The notes below the pieces were generated by a model, which did no database searches, was not told where the DNA came from, and worked only from the letters and a program-made list of their open reading frames with translations. From an uncultured Gammaproteobacteria bacterium (lineage in GTDB: Bacteria > Patescibacteriota > Microgenomatia > Woykebacterales > RBG-16-39-9b): a DNA stretch of 64,000 bases. A program made the translations under genes and the position numbers. The DNA is taken from NCBI GenBank assembly GCA_964367355.1, contig CAYIWY010000002.1, positions 7,296 through 71,295 on the forward strand. Reading direction: 5' to 3'. This document shows, one piece after another, positions 9,650 to 18,301 of this stretch. Every line of letters begins with the position of its first letter. Positions within the stretch are counted from its first letter, which is position 1.

Positions 9650-9668
9650 CAAGGCCCGGCCTTGTCAT
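9650..9668. repeat. Third copy of the palindrome CAAGGCCCGGCCTTGTCA
   Basis: Perfect 7-bp arms. Located about 22 nt upstream of the -35 of the next promoter. Confidence 0.6.
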
Positions 9669-9689
9669 AGTCGTATTTTTTCAAGTTTC

Positions 9690-9718
9690 TTGCAGTACCA
9701 AAGTAAATTTGCTACAAT
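9690..9718 (+). promoter_or_regulatory. Sigma-70 promoter TTGCAG-17-TACAAT
   Basis: Near-consensus hexamers with 17-nt spacing. An AAGGAG SD lies at 9731-9736 and the ATG at 9745. Confidence 0.6.
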
Positions 9719-9744
9719 CCCAGACAAAGAAAGGAGTAGTCGAA

Positions 9745-10049
9745 TGGCAACTGGTATTCGACAAGTTGTTTTCGAAAACGGTGAAGACATGAACACCGTT
9801 AACGAAAATCTTAGTGCCGTCGGGTTAAAACTAGTCACTGTTGTCGACATGTACGGTAAGGAAACTTACCCTGTCGACAAAACACACGAACGGGACAACG
9901 GGGAAGAACCAGAGAAACTCGGTCCTGGCGGATTTACCATGGAGGCAGTTAAGCTAGATTTTGACATGATCATTATCATGTACCTGCACCCAGCTTCACC
10001 GGAAATCGACTGTGTTTACTACGCAAAAACAGAGCCCAATCGAAAGTAG
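9745..10049 (+). CDS. Hypothetical 101-aa protein (MATGIRQVVFENGEDM…)
   Basis: Start refined from track ORF 9690..10049 to the ATG after the AAGGAG SD. A terminator hairpin (10069-10098) follows. Confidence 0.5.
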
Positions 10050-10068
10050 AGAGTTTAGACTGTTGAAG

Positions 10069-10098
10069 AGGACGAACCAAACGGCTCGTCCTTTTTTC
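10069..10098 (+). terminator. Rho-independent terminator
   Basis: GAGGACGAA … TCGTCCT, then TTTTTT. Confidence 0.6.
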
Positions 10099-10119
10099 AT
10101 TTGTGTTAAACTTTTCCCA

Positions 10120-10452
10120 ATGATTTCATACGAAGATTTTTCAAAAGTTGATATCCGGGTTGGAAAAATCGTTAAAGTTGAGGATTTTCCAGAGGCACGG
10201 AAGAGAGCTTACAAACTGGAAATTGATTTTGGAGTGGAAATTGGAATTAAAAAGAGTAGCGCACAGATCGTCGATCTTTACAAAAAAGAAGATTTAATCG
10301 ACAGTTTGGTTCTTGGCGTCGTCAATTTTCCACCCAAGCAAATCGGCCCGTTTGTATCTGAGTGTCTGACACTGGGTGTGCCAGATGAGCAGGGTAGAGT
10401 CGTACTGGTTCGTCCGGATAAAAACGCCACAATCGGCGGCAGACTTTTCTAA
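10120..10452 (+). CDS. tRNA-binding domain protein (CsaA/Trbp111-like)
   Basis: MISYEDFSKVDIRVGKIVKVEDFPEARKRAYKLEIDFG…VVNFPPKQIGPFVSE matches the OB-fold tRNA-binding domain pattern. About 110 aa. Confidence 0.65.
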   Translation: MISYEDFSKVDIRVGKIVKVEDFPEARKRAYKLEIDFGVEIGIKKSSAQIVDLYKKEDLIDSLVLGVVNFPPKQIGPFVSECLTLGVPDEQGRVVLVRPDKNATIGGRLF

Positions 10453-10460
10453 CCCATAGC

Positions 10461-10488
10461 TTTACATTCTCCCAAATTCTGCTAAAAT
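10461..10488 (+). promoter_or_regulatory. Promoter TTTACA-16-TAAAAT
   Basis: Hexamers at 10461-10466 and 10483-10488, preceded by CCCATAGC. An SD at 10508 and a TTG start at 10522 follow. Confidence 0.5.
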
Positions 10489-10521
10489 ACACTTGTTCAG
10501 TAAGTCAAAGGAGAAGAAAAG

Positions 10522-11028
10522 TTGAGTGTGTTTGTTAATCTTCCAATCGAACCAGGGGAGGAAGGCAGAAAGACTACGGCTGCAATTCTAGACACTGTCG
10601 CTACTTTTTGCGAAAAAGCAAAGTTTGAAGAAGATGACGTTGTAAAAATAACCGTCTTCGATGGTGACTATGGTTCCTCCAAACTTTGTTACGATATCAG
10701 CTACCAAATTCGAGGTGAGGGGGACGAGGAACCCGACTACGAGATTGTTCGGGTGAAATTCTACCAAGCTGGTGGTTGGAAAATTGAACCAATCAGCTTT
10801 AACCCGCCGAAAGATCCTTTCGGAGGGTGCCTAGAACCGAAGCACGACATGCGCATTGATTGGGAAAATCAAGTTGGTTTTCTTCTAGGAGCTCTGCAGT
10901 TTCTTTACGCTTCAATGGCAGAATTTCTGCTAGAAGATGCTAACTTAACCAAAACGCAAGCAGCCAATATGCGCCGGAGAGCCAAGGCGTTAAAGTCAAA
11001 AGTTGCAAAAACCTGCGAGATCCAATAA
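10522..11028 (+). CDS. Hypothetical 168-aa protein
   Basis: AAGGAG SD plus a TTG start. No recognisable motifs. GC elevated. Confidence 0.45.
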   Translation: MSVFVNLPIEPGEEGRKTTAAILDTVATFCEKAKFEEDDVVKITVFDGDYGSSKLCYDISYQIRGEGDEEPDYEIVRVKFYQAGGWKIEPISFNPPKDPFGGCLEPKHDMRIDWENQVGFLLGALQFLYASMAEFLLEDANLTKTQAANMRRRAKALKSKVAKTCEIQ

Positions 11029-11117
11029 ACAAAAACTCCCAGCGGTGCAAACCAATGGGAGTCTCTCTTTTTCCGAATATTGACCAAAAAATCCCGAAGG
11101 TCTAAGATAGTTAGGCT

Positions 11118-12389
11118 ATGACTTCACAACCACTTGCTGATCAAATGCGGCCCACAAATCTAGAAGGTTTTGTTGGTCAAAGTCATATCGTCGGCAAAGG
11201 TAAAATTATTTCCACGCTCTTGAAACAAGATAAGATCCCATCTCTAATATTCTGGGGGCCACCGGGATCGGGGAAAACTACTTTAGCAAAAATAATTGCC
11301 AATAAAACCAAAAGTTTTTTTGAATTCCACTCTGCTGTTGAGGTTGGGGTTAATGATATTAAAAAAGTAATTTATGAATCCAAAAATAGATTGGAAAAAG
11401 GGGAACCTACTATTCTCTGCATCGATGAAATTCACCGCTAGAACAAATCTCAACAAGCCTACCTACTGCCGTTTGTTGAAGATGGAACAATCATTTTGAT
11501 TGGTGCTACTACCGAAAATCCCTCTTTTGAGGTTATTGGCCCATTACTTTCAAGATCAAGAGTTATAATTCTCGAGCGCCTGGACCAAGAAAACATTAAA
11601 CAACTTGTTGAAAGCGCTTTGAAAGATAAAGAAAAAGGTCTGGGAAATGCCCGGATAAAACTCGAACCAGAAGCACTAAAATTACTTTTGGAAAACTCAA
11701 ACGGCGACGCTCGTACAACTCTCAACGCACTGGAAATTGCTGCCAATCTGACACAACTGCGGCTCGGCGAAAGAAAAGTAACTGTCAAAAAAATTGAACA
11801 AGCCTTAGGCAGCAAAAAACTGCTTTATGATAAAACCGGTGAGGAACACTACAATGTTATCTCTGCATTTATCAAAAGTTTGCGCGGGAGCGACCCTAAT
11901 GCCGCAGTTTACTATTTAGCAAGAATGCTCGAAGCAGGGGAGGATCCAGAATTCATCGCTCGCCGAATGATAATTTTAGCCAGCGAAGATGTTGGCAATG
12001 CCGACCCAAAAGCACTGCAGATTGCCGTTGCGGCAGCACACGCTTTACAATACGTCGGCCTACCCGAAGCTTCTCTAAATTTAGCACAAGCGGCAACTTA
12101 TCTAGCTACTACACCAAAATCCAATGCTAGTTATATGGCTCTGAAAAAAGCCCAAGCAGATGTCAAATATACTCTCAACGAACCTGTACCTCTGCATCTT
12201 CGTAATGCAGTAACCGATCTTATGGGAGATATCGGTTATGGTCAGGGCTACAAATACGCCCACGATTTTGACGGTGGAGTAGTTAAGCAACAGTTTCTTC
12301 CGGATAAATTAAAAGATAAACATTATTACGAACCCAAAGAAATTGGTTACGAAAAATACATTAAAGAACATCTGGAAAAACTCAAATAA
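11118..12389 (+). pseudogene. rarA: Replication-associated recombination protein A (RarA/MgsA) interrupted by an in-frame TAG at 11442-11444
   Basis: Walker A GPPGSGKTTLAK and …CIDEIHR-[TAG]-NKSQQAYLLPFVEDGTIILIGATTENPSFE. The stop replaces the conserved Phe of the HRFNKSQQ motif. Both halves (11118..11441 and 11445/11496..12389) are in the same frame. Confidence 0.85.
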
Positions 12390-12447
12390 TTTTTCCGTTT
12401 CTTTAAGAATCTTGCAACTAAACTTCTGAATTGATAAAGTTATTCTT

Positions 12448-12918
12448 GTGAAATTCAATCAAGTTACTTGGTATTCAAAAATTTTAGCTCTTGCCTTTTT
12501 TGTAGCTCTGCCTTTCCTTGGTTTTTGGCTTGGTGTGAAGTATCAAGAAGCGATTAACCCAAATCTTGAAGTTGTACCCTCAAATCTTACAACCGAAAAC
12601 CAGTCAGGCAGTGGCGCCAAACCAACTCCCGGAAAAATTGTAAAACAAACTACTAATCCATCGATAACAGTTACTTACGATAACGGTATTTATTATTACA
12701 TCGGAACAATACAATTTTCAGAGACTTGTGGAAGTATTACAGCCAAAGCCAGCGTGACACGAACAGATCCAGCAGTTGTAAATATATTTTTGACAACTCA
12801 TCGACCAGAAGGTGTTATGTGTGGTCAAGCATTTACAAATAAACCTTTTTCCGGACAAATTGCTGCCTCTGAGGGCGCAACCATCAATGTTTACCTCAAT
12901 GATCAATTAGTAAAGTAG
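12448..12918 (+). CDS. Hypothetical exported/membrane-anchored protein
   Basis: N-terminal signal-anchor (ILALAFFVALPFLGFWLG). A TTGCAA-17-TAAAGT promoter lies upstream (12405-12433). Confidence 0.45.
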   Translation: MKFNQVTWYSKILALAFFVALPFLGFWLGVKYQEAINPNLEVVPSNLTTENQSGSGAKPTPGKIVKQTTNPSITVTYDNGIYYYIGTIQFSETCGSITAKASVTRTDPAVVNIFLTTHRPEGVMCGQAFTNKPFSGQIAASEGATINVYLNDQLVK

Positions 12919-12928
12919 AGAAACCCAT

Positions 12929-13390
12929 TTGCCCGTTTCTTTTCCTAATGTTAAACTCCTGTTAATGAAAACTCGTTTAATCGTTGTTGCCATAATTGAA
13001 AATAAAGAAGGCCAGATTCTTTTAGGCTTGAAAAAACAAAAACGTGGTGTTTTTCCCGGAACGTGGCACAATCTGGGCGGGGGAGTTGAAAAAGGAGAAA
13101 CCCTGGAACAAGCCCTACGCCGCGAAGTTAAAGAAGAGTCATGTTTGGAAATTGAGAGTTTCACAAGAATGAGTTTTTCAGATGGCGTAGCAACAAAACT
13201 TAAAGACGGCAAGAGCGAAGAAATTTACCACGTTTTTCTCGGATTTTTCTGTAAAACAAAGAATGGAAAACTTATTCCCGGCGATGAGTTTGAAAAGTTA
13301 AGTTGGTTTGCAAAAAAGGATTTAGCCAAAACCAATATCAACCCCTTCGCCCATGAAGGTTTTGTAAGAAGCGGTTGGATAAAGAAATGA
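12929..13390 (+). CDS. NUDIX hydrolase
   Basis: Nudix box GGGVEKGETLEQALRREVKEESCLEI. Confidence 0.8.
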   Translation: MPVSFPNVKLLLMKTRLIVVAIIENKEGQILLGLKKQKRGVFPGTWHNLGGGVEKGETLEQALRREVKEESCLEIESFTRMSFSDGVATKLKDGKSEEIYHVFLGFFCKTKNGKLIPGDEFEKLSWFAKKDLAKTNINPFAHEGFVRSGWIKK

Positions 13391-13713
13391 AAACTCTCAA
13401 ATTCAATCCTAATCTAATTCCGTTAGTTTTGTCCGAAGAAAAAACTTCGACTTGGAGACTTTGGGATGATAAAGATTTGCAAGTCGGGGACAAAGTTAGT
13501 TTTTTAAATAGCGAAACCAAGGAAGAGTTTACGACCGCTGAATTAATTGAAGTAATTGAAAAACAATTTAAAGATTTAACTGATACGGATTGGACAGGTC
13601 ATGAAAAATTTAGTAGTGAGAAAGAAATGTACGAATCTTATTCAAAATATTACAGTAGGGAAGTAACCCCAGAGACTTTAGTAAAAATAATCCACTTCAA
13701 ACTCATCAAATAA
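13387..13713 (+). CDS. ASCH/PUA-like domain protein (tentative)
   Basis: ATGA start/stop overlap with the NUDIX gene. MKTLKFNPNLIPLVLSEEKTSTWR resembles the start of ASCH-domain proteins. Confidence 0.4.
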   Translation: MKTLKFNPNLIPLVLSEEKTSTWRLWDDKDLQVGDKVSFLNSETKEEFTTAELIEVIEKQFKDLTDTDWTGHEKFSSEKEMYESYSKYYSREVTPETLVKIIHFKLIK

Positions 13714-13829
13714 GAAGTATTATTCCCAAGATTTGTTTTTTCAAATTTATTTTGCTAGAATCCTTCTGTTCGGAAGAGATAGTCGAATCCGAGCTAGTTT
13801 TGAGGATATTCCTCAGAAGGAGAACAGGA

Positions 13830-14378
13830 ATGACAGAGGAGGAGAAGATCCCACGTATTTCCATCCCTTTGGACGAAAAAATTCCGGTGGAAATTGTGAC
13901 TGGCGCTTATACGACCGCCTTGTCCGTCTGCAGCGTTTGTGGTCCAGGAGTTGAGATAACTCGGGTCAATGTTGGTTGTGATTTTGATCGACAAAGTCTT
14001 GGAGAAAGAAGTGCTTATGTTGAGTACATGATTTACTTCCTTCTCAAAGGTGAACAACACTGGGTTAAGATGCACTTCGCCAACGCTGGTGTGAGTTCTT
14101 CAGATTGCTTTCGCGCAATCAAATTGCCCTCACCTTCTGCGGGCTGGCATGAAACGCAAGGTATCCCAGGGAGAACTGAGTTGTTTGGGAATTTTAATTT
14201 CCATACTATCGAACTGATAACCAGGATCAGGGTTGTACTAAACCAGCTTTTGGCTGCCAAACAAGAAGCAGCAAGCGCAGTTACAGCCGAAGCTGATGCT
14301 AAACTTGAGATCTTGGATCTAGATATTAAGTTTTTGGAAGAGCAGCTTAGCCAAACTCGCACTGTTTTAATTCCATAA
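13830..14378 (+). CDS. Hypothetical protein with C-terminal coiled coil
   Basis: AAGGAG SD (13817-13822), then the ATG at 13830. GC elevated. The track ORF 13752.. starts further upstream. Confidence 0.45.
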   Translation: MTEEEKIPRISIPLDEKIPVEIVTGAYTTALSVCSVCGPGVEITRVNVGCDFDRQSLGERSAYVEYMIYFLLKGEQHWVKMHFANAGVSSSDCFRAIKLPSPSAGWHETQGIPGRTELFGNFNFHTIELITRIRVVLNQLLAAKQEAASAVTAEADAKLEILDLDIKFLEEQLSQTRTVLIP

Positions 14379-14391
14379 GGAACAAGGTTTT

Positions 14392-14426
14392 AACTCCTCC
14401 AACTAAACTGGGGGAGTTTCTTTTTT
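14392..14426. terminator. Hairpin terminator between convergent genes
   Basis: AACTCCTCC…GGGGGAGTT followed by TTTTTT. Confidence 0.5.
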
Positions 14427-14454
14427 ATATTTATTGCCCGCTTCTTTCTCAAAT

Positions 14455-15087
14455 TTACTCAACTGGCTTATGTAAAACCTTAACCACAGTACCACTAATT
14501 AAGCTATCACTATGATCTTCAGGATGAATAAATATTGGAAGGAAGTCTTGTGATGAATCTGACAACAAAACAACCTGATTCTCATCTTTAAAGAATCTCT
14601 TTATATTTGCTAGATTATCAACAACAGCCACCACAACATCACCTTTTTCAGGACTTCGCTTAGAGCTGTCAACAACCACATAATCACCGTCTTTAATAGT
14701 AACACCCTCAACATTAGCCTTATCCATAGAAGAACCTGTTGCTCTTAAAGCGAAGAGTTTCAAATAATCAGTACCTGGTCGAAGAAGTTTTGAAGAAATT
14801 TTTAAGTAACCTTCAACTTCGTCATTAGCTAAATGAGTAGCTGGCCCGCAGTTTGCAGCGCCTAATATTGGAATTGTTATCAAGTCAGACTTACCAAGAA
14901 ATCTTTTTTCAACTCTGTTTACGCTCCTATTAAGTTTAAGTAAACCCTGTTTTTTGAGCTTAGCAATGTAATACTTGACTGTTTGAGGATTTTTGGTATC
15001 AACAAATCGAGCTATTTCTCGTAGCCTCATAGAAGACAGATTTTGCGATTTTGACAGATCAAGCAATTTTTGTTCAGTTTCGTTCAT
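14455..15087 (-). CDS. lexA: LexA-like S24 peptidase repressor
   Basis: N-terminal wHTH. ATGSSMDKAN (GSSM nucleophile Ser) and …NIKRF (Lys of the Ser-Lys dyad). 210 aa. Confidence 0.8.
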   Translation of the reverse strand: MNETEQKLLDLSKSQNLSSMRLREIARFVDTKNPQTVKYYIAKLKKQGLLKLNRSVNRVEKRFLGKSDLITIPILGAANCGPATHLANDEVEGYLKISSKLLRPGTDYLKLFALRATGSSMDKANVEGVTIKDGDYVVVDSSKRSPEKGDVVVAVVDNLANIKRFFKDENQVVLLSDSSQDFLPIFIHPEDHSDSLISGTVVKVLHKPVE

Positions 15088-15231
15088 TTACAAATGATAC
15101 CATAGAGTTGCGAAAACAACAAGTTTACATCAACTTACACATTTCTTAAATTAGCTATTGACAACTCTCAGAATAATCAAATATTATTAATTTATTATCA
15201 TTAGTTTATTAGATTGGAGGTGAACTTAAAA

Positions 15232-15540
15232 ATGGCAAGAAACTTTAACACTGATCGTTCAGGAAACTCGTTTTCTGTAGCAACTAAAATACTAGTTTGG
15301 ATCAAGGGTGAGACAAACTCTGAATATGACCCTAAGTACTTTAGGAGAGATGCTTGCGGAGCTTTAATTGAATGGGTACAGTACGGATCAACCACCATAC
15401 ACGGCTGGGAGATTGACCACATTAGAACAGTAGCGAACCACGGTGGAGATGAATTATCAAATCTCCAACCCCTACAGTGGGAGAATAATCGAACTAAAGG
15501 TGATTCAACAAGTTTGAATTACTGCAAAGTACGAGAATAA
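15232..15540 (+). CDS. HNH endonuclease (small, about 102 aa)
   Basis: GGAGG SD, then the ATG at 15232. EIDHIRTVANHGGDELSNLQPLQWENNRTKGD is an HNH motif. Divergent from lexA. Confidence 0.8.
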   Translation: MARNFNTDRSGNSFSVATKILVWIKGETNSEYDPKYFRRDACGALIEWVQYGSTTIHGWEIDHIRTVANHGGDELSNLQPLQWENNRTKGDSTSLNYCKVRE

Positions 15541-15569
15541 CCCACAAACAAGTGGCGCTGCCCACCACT

Positions 15570-16175
15570 TTAAATTTCCAAAACCCTCACCGAATTATCT
15601 TCAACCCAAACAGCTTGGTCGTCAGTGAGAGTTTTTAATTTAAACTTGTCCTTGTAATCGTCAATGATTTTTTGATACCGAGACAGATACTTTTCCTTAC
15701 CGTAGTGGGGGAGGATGACAAAATCGACTAGTCCTAGACCTTTGGTATTTTCTAGCTTTGCTTTTGATGGATCGTCCAGATCGTTGACTGGCGCGATATC
15801 CGGACCAGCTAATGTTGCTCCGGCACTTGCACCCACGTAAATCACACCGCTATCGAGCAAATTGCCGATAATTTTATCAAACCCAGATTCTCGGACTTTT
15901 TCTAGTAAATAAAATGTATTGCCGCCAGAGACAAAAATAATATCAAAAGACTTTAGAGCTTCGAAAAGCTTTTCTTCAGTTTGGTTTTTCAGATCAACCT
16001 CAGTAAATTTGAACCCCAGTTCTTTCAAATTTTTTCGATCAGCCTCAATGAACCATTTATCTTCGTAGGGATCCGCCGCTGTCGGAATATAGGCAAGTTT
16101 TAGTTCTTCTGGTTTTGCAGGAAGTTGACCAACCAATTTATCAATCCGCACCGAGGTAAGGTAAAGTTTTCTCAT
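15570..16175 (-). CDS. Peptidase S51 (dipeptidase E-like)
   Basis: FVSGGNTFYLL and YVGASAGATLAG (catalytic Ser motif). Confidence 0.75.
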   Translation of the reverse strand: MRKLYLTSVRIDKLVGQLPAKPEELKLAYIPTAADPYEDKWFIEADRKNLKELGFKFTEVDLKNQTEEKLFEALKSFDIIFVSGGNTFYLLEKVRESGFDKIIGNLLDSGVIYVGASAGATLAGPDIAPVNDLDDPSKAKLENTKGLGLVDFVILPHYGKEKYLSRYQKIIDDYKDKFKLKTLTDDQAVWVEDNSVRVLEI

Positions 16176-16268
16176 TGTTATATTCTAATCCTTTTGACAA
16201 ATCCTTGATCTAGCATTAAAATTCCCACAAACGTAGGGAAACCAAATTAAACGAGAAGGAGATTGGTC

Positions 16269-16757
16269 ATGAGCAAGGTTTCGATTGAAGGAGTAGATCA
16301 CCCGACTTTCTCCACAAGAGACAAACGGGAGATCAGTCGCCTGGCCACAAGGTTGGTCAGATATTGTCCAGGCGTGGTGTCGGTTGAAGTTACCACATCT
16401 CAAACAAGTGGAACCAGGAACTCTGTCTGCCTCGATTACAAAGTCATTTTCGATCTGGGTAAGGTTTTTGCACTGCCGGACAATTTGCCATTTTCTCGCA
16501 CAATCCGTTTCAGCAGTTCCGGGGAGTGGTCGATTATTCCGGACCGGTTCAGAGGCAAGAAAATGCCTAGTGTTCGACCGGATCAAGTGAAAGAAATCGA
16601 CCGTGTGAAAGGTTTGCTCAAAAGCTGGAAAGTTCAACGCGAATTACTCAGTTGGTACTTCGCCGACATCGGCTACTACTGTTTCAGTAGCGGGGGCATA
16701 AGTCTCTGCGGTTGGGAGAGACAACTAGAGCAACGCAAGAAAATAAAGGCTGCATAG
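16269..16757 (+). CDS. Hypothetical 162-aa protein
   Basis: AAGGAG at 16256-16261, then the ATG at 16269. GC about 50%. No motifs. The antisense ORF 16185..16637 was rejected. Confidence 0.45.
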   Translation: MSKVSIEGVDHPTFSTRDKREISRLATRLVRYCPGVVSVEVTTSQTSGTRNSVCLDYKVIFDLGKVFALPDNLPFSRTIRFSSSGEWSIIPDRFRGKKMPSVRPDQVKEIDRVKGLLKSWKVQRELLSWYFADIGYYCFSSGGISLCGWERQLEQRKKIKAA

Positions 16758-16829
16758 CAAACTAAAGTAAGGGGTGGGGCAGTGTTCTACTGGATCGACT
16801 ACTAAAGTAGAAACACTGGACCAAAAGCG

Positions 16830-17033
16830 GTGACAAACCGCCTTCTTGACAAATACGGACTCAGAGTTCTCAAGATCGTTCCCGCCTATTTCGACGAAAG
16901 TAGCGAACTGGTTGAAATTGACGGGGATCTTACAACCTACAAGTTCCCTGCCAATTGTGTTGTGGAAGTTTTTCTTGGAACAGCCGAACCAGAACCATTT
17001 GCTACCTACGTTGCCCAAGTAATAAAGGCCTGA
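16830..17033 (+). CDS. Small hypothetical protein (67 aa)
   Basis: GTG start. Followed by the terminator at 17040-17085. Weak. Confidence 0.3.
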   Translation: MTNRLLDKYGLRVLKIVPAYFDESSELVEIDGDLTTYKFPANCVVEVFLGTAEPEPFATYVAQVIKA

Positions 17034-17039
17034 CCCACA

Positions 17040-17086
17040 CGGCGAGGAAGTTTCGATAAAATCGAATCCTCGCCGCTTCTTTTTAC
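17040..17086 (+). terminator. Rho-independent terminator
   Basis: GGCGAGGA…TCCTCGCC, then GCTTCTTTTT. Followed by CATAGTGTATAAT (-10). Confidence 0.6.
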
Positions 17087-17137
17087 CACAAATTTCATCT
17101 CATAGTGTATAATATATTCCAGGAAAAGGAGTGACTA

Positions 17138-17626
17138 ATGTTAAGTCAGGGGCAGATTTTTCAGCTAGTGGTAAGTGGAAGAATGTTTTGTTGGGCTGGT
17201 CAAGGTGATCGCCACAGCATTGAACCAACGATTCCCGGAGCAAAGCGTTTTAGACTTGAAACAAACTACAACGGAATTCCAGCAAGTTACGAAGACCAGT
17301 ACCTGGGAGAAAACGCTTTTTTTGGATCCGAACTAGTTCGGGTTGGGGATGAAAACGAAGCCGTCTGGGGAATGAATTACAACGGCTACTTGATGGATGA
17401 AGTCGAGAAAGTTGAACAATTCCTCAAGTCCATCCTTCGTACCGAAGCAAACCGTATCCGGTTTGGCGAAGACGTCCATATAACCCAAAAAGACTTGACT
17501 TATTCAAGTCGCACTGTCCGTCGGGTAAATAATCTGCATTTTACCCAAATTGAAACCATAAAGAGGGCTGGGGTAGAGTTTTACTCTGCAACACTCTCAG
17601 CCGGATCGATCATGACTCTTCCATGA
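17138..17626 (+). CDS. Hypothetical 162-aa protein
   Basis: AAAGGAG SD plus ATG. GC elevated. Confidence 0.5.
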   Translation: MLSQGQIFQLVVSGRMFCWAGQGDRHSIEPTIPGAKRFRLETNYNGIPASYEDQYLGENAFFGSELVRVGDENEAVWGMNYNGYLMDEVEKVEQFLKSILRTEANRIRFGEDVHITQKDLTYSSRTVRRVNNLHFTQIETIKRAGVEFYSATLSAGSIMTLP

Positions 17627-17646
17627 TAGATTTAGTCCGAATTTTC

Positions 17647-17687
17647 GGCGGGATCTGTGAAACTTCACACTCCCGCCGTTTCTTTTT
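17647..17687 (+). terminator. Terminator element GGCGGGATCTGTGAAACTTCACACTCCCGCC-GTTTCTTTTT (copy 1)
   Basis: Long hairpin with an internal TGTGAA-N2-TTCACA palindrome, then a T-run. Near-identical to 18258-18301. Confidence 0.65.
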
Positions 17688-17763
17688 GATAACTATCCCA
17701 TAGTGACAATTTGTGCTATAATACATGCAATTAACTTGTTCAATCCTGAAAAGGAGAAGAAAC

Positions 17764-18246
17764 GTGAGAGCGATACGAACCCTTCGAGATATGTTCGAAG
17801 ACCAATCGGAAATTTTCGAAAAGGTAAAGAAACTTTTCCCAATGGTCGATTGGAAAACAGTCGAACTAAATGGGGATGACATTCAGGATCTGTTGGCTAA
17901 ACTTCGCTGCGGTGCTTACGGAGATGAGGATCTTCTGAACGCATCAATCGAAGATTATGGTGGCATAGATCAAATAGTCGATGAGTTGTTTGAGATTCAT
18001 AAGCGCGATGGTCTTGGAACCGATAATCCTTTGCTCGCATTGAGTCGAGCTGTTGATTTCACGAAAGCAGTGATCCTTGCTGTGGCGGATATAACTCTCG
18101 AAATTGCAGAAAGCGAACCACCAGAAGAAGTAAAACTTCTGCTTGACCAGATTAGGGCTAAAGCCGCCGGTCAGCCAGTAACCCGCCCAACAATTGACCG
18201 TTTTCGTGGTGTCCCAAGGACACAAGATGGCCAGATAATCAACTAG
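17764..18246 (+). CDS. Hypothetical 160-aa acidic protein
   Basis: Extended -10 TGCTATAAT (17724-17732). AAGGAG SD, then a GTG start at 17764. Confidence 0.5.
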   Translation: MRAIRTLRDMFEDQSEIFEKVKKLFPMVDWKTVELNGDDIQDLLAKLRCGAYGDEDLLNASIEDYGGIDQIVDELFEIHKRDGLGTDNPLLALSRAVDFTKAVILAVADITLEIAESEPPEEVKLLLDQIRAKAAGQPVTRPTIDRFRGVPRTQDGQIIN

Positions 18247-18257
18247 AGTGGCACAAA

Positions 18258-18301
18258 CGCGGTGGGATTTGTGAAATTTCACACTCCCGCCGTTTCTTTT
18301 T
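18258..18301 (+). terminator. Terminator element GCGGTGGGATTTGTGAAATTTCACACTCCCGCCG-TTTCTTTTT (copy 2)
   Basis: Same architecture and almost the same sequence as 17647-17687. Confidence 0.65.

Noticed and set aside
11442-11444. TAG reassigned to a sense codon (alternative genetic code).
   Set aside because: TAG terminates several well-supported genes in this window (for example 395..1534, 9745..10049 and 53499..54341), and no other conserved gene shows an in-frame TAG.
15116-15132. Canonical Gram-positive LexA box (CGAAC-N4-GTTCG).
   Set aside because: The palindrome present is GAAAAC-N5-GTTTAC with one arm mismatch. It does not match a known LexA consensus, so it is kept only as a low-confidence candidate inside the lexA/HNH finding.
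17655-17668. CRP/FNR binding site (TGTGA…TCACA).
   Set aside because: Spacer is 4 nt (TGTGAAACTTCACA) rather than the 6 nt of the CRP consensus. The palindrome forms the loop-proximal part of a terminator hairpin, which explains it more simply.
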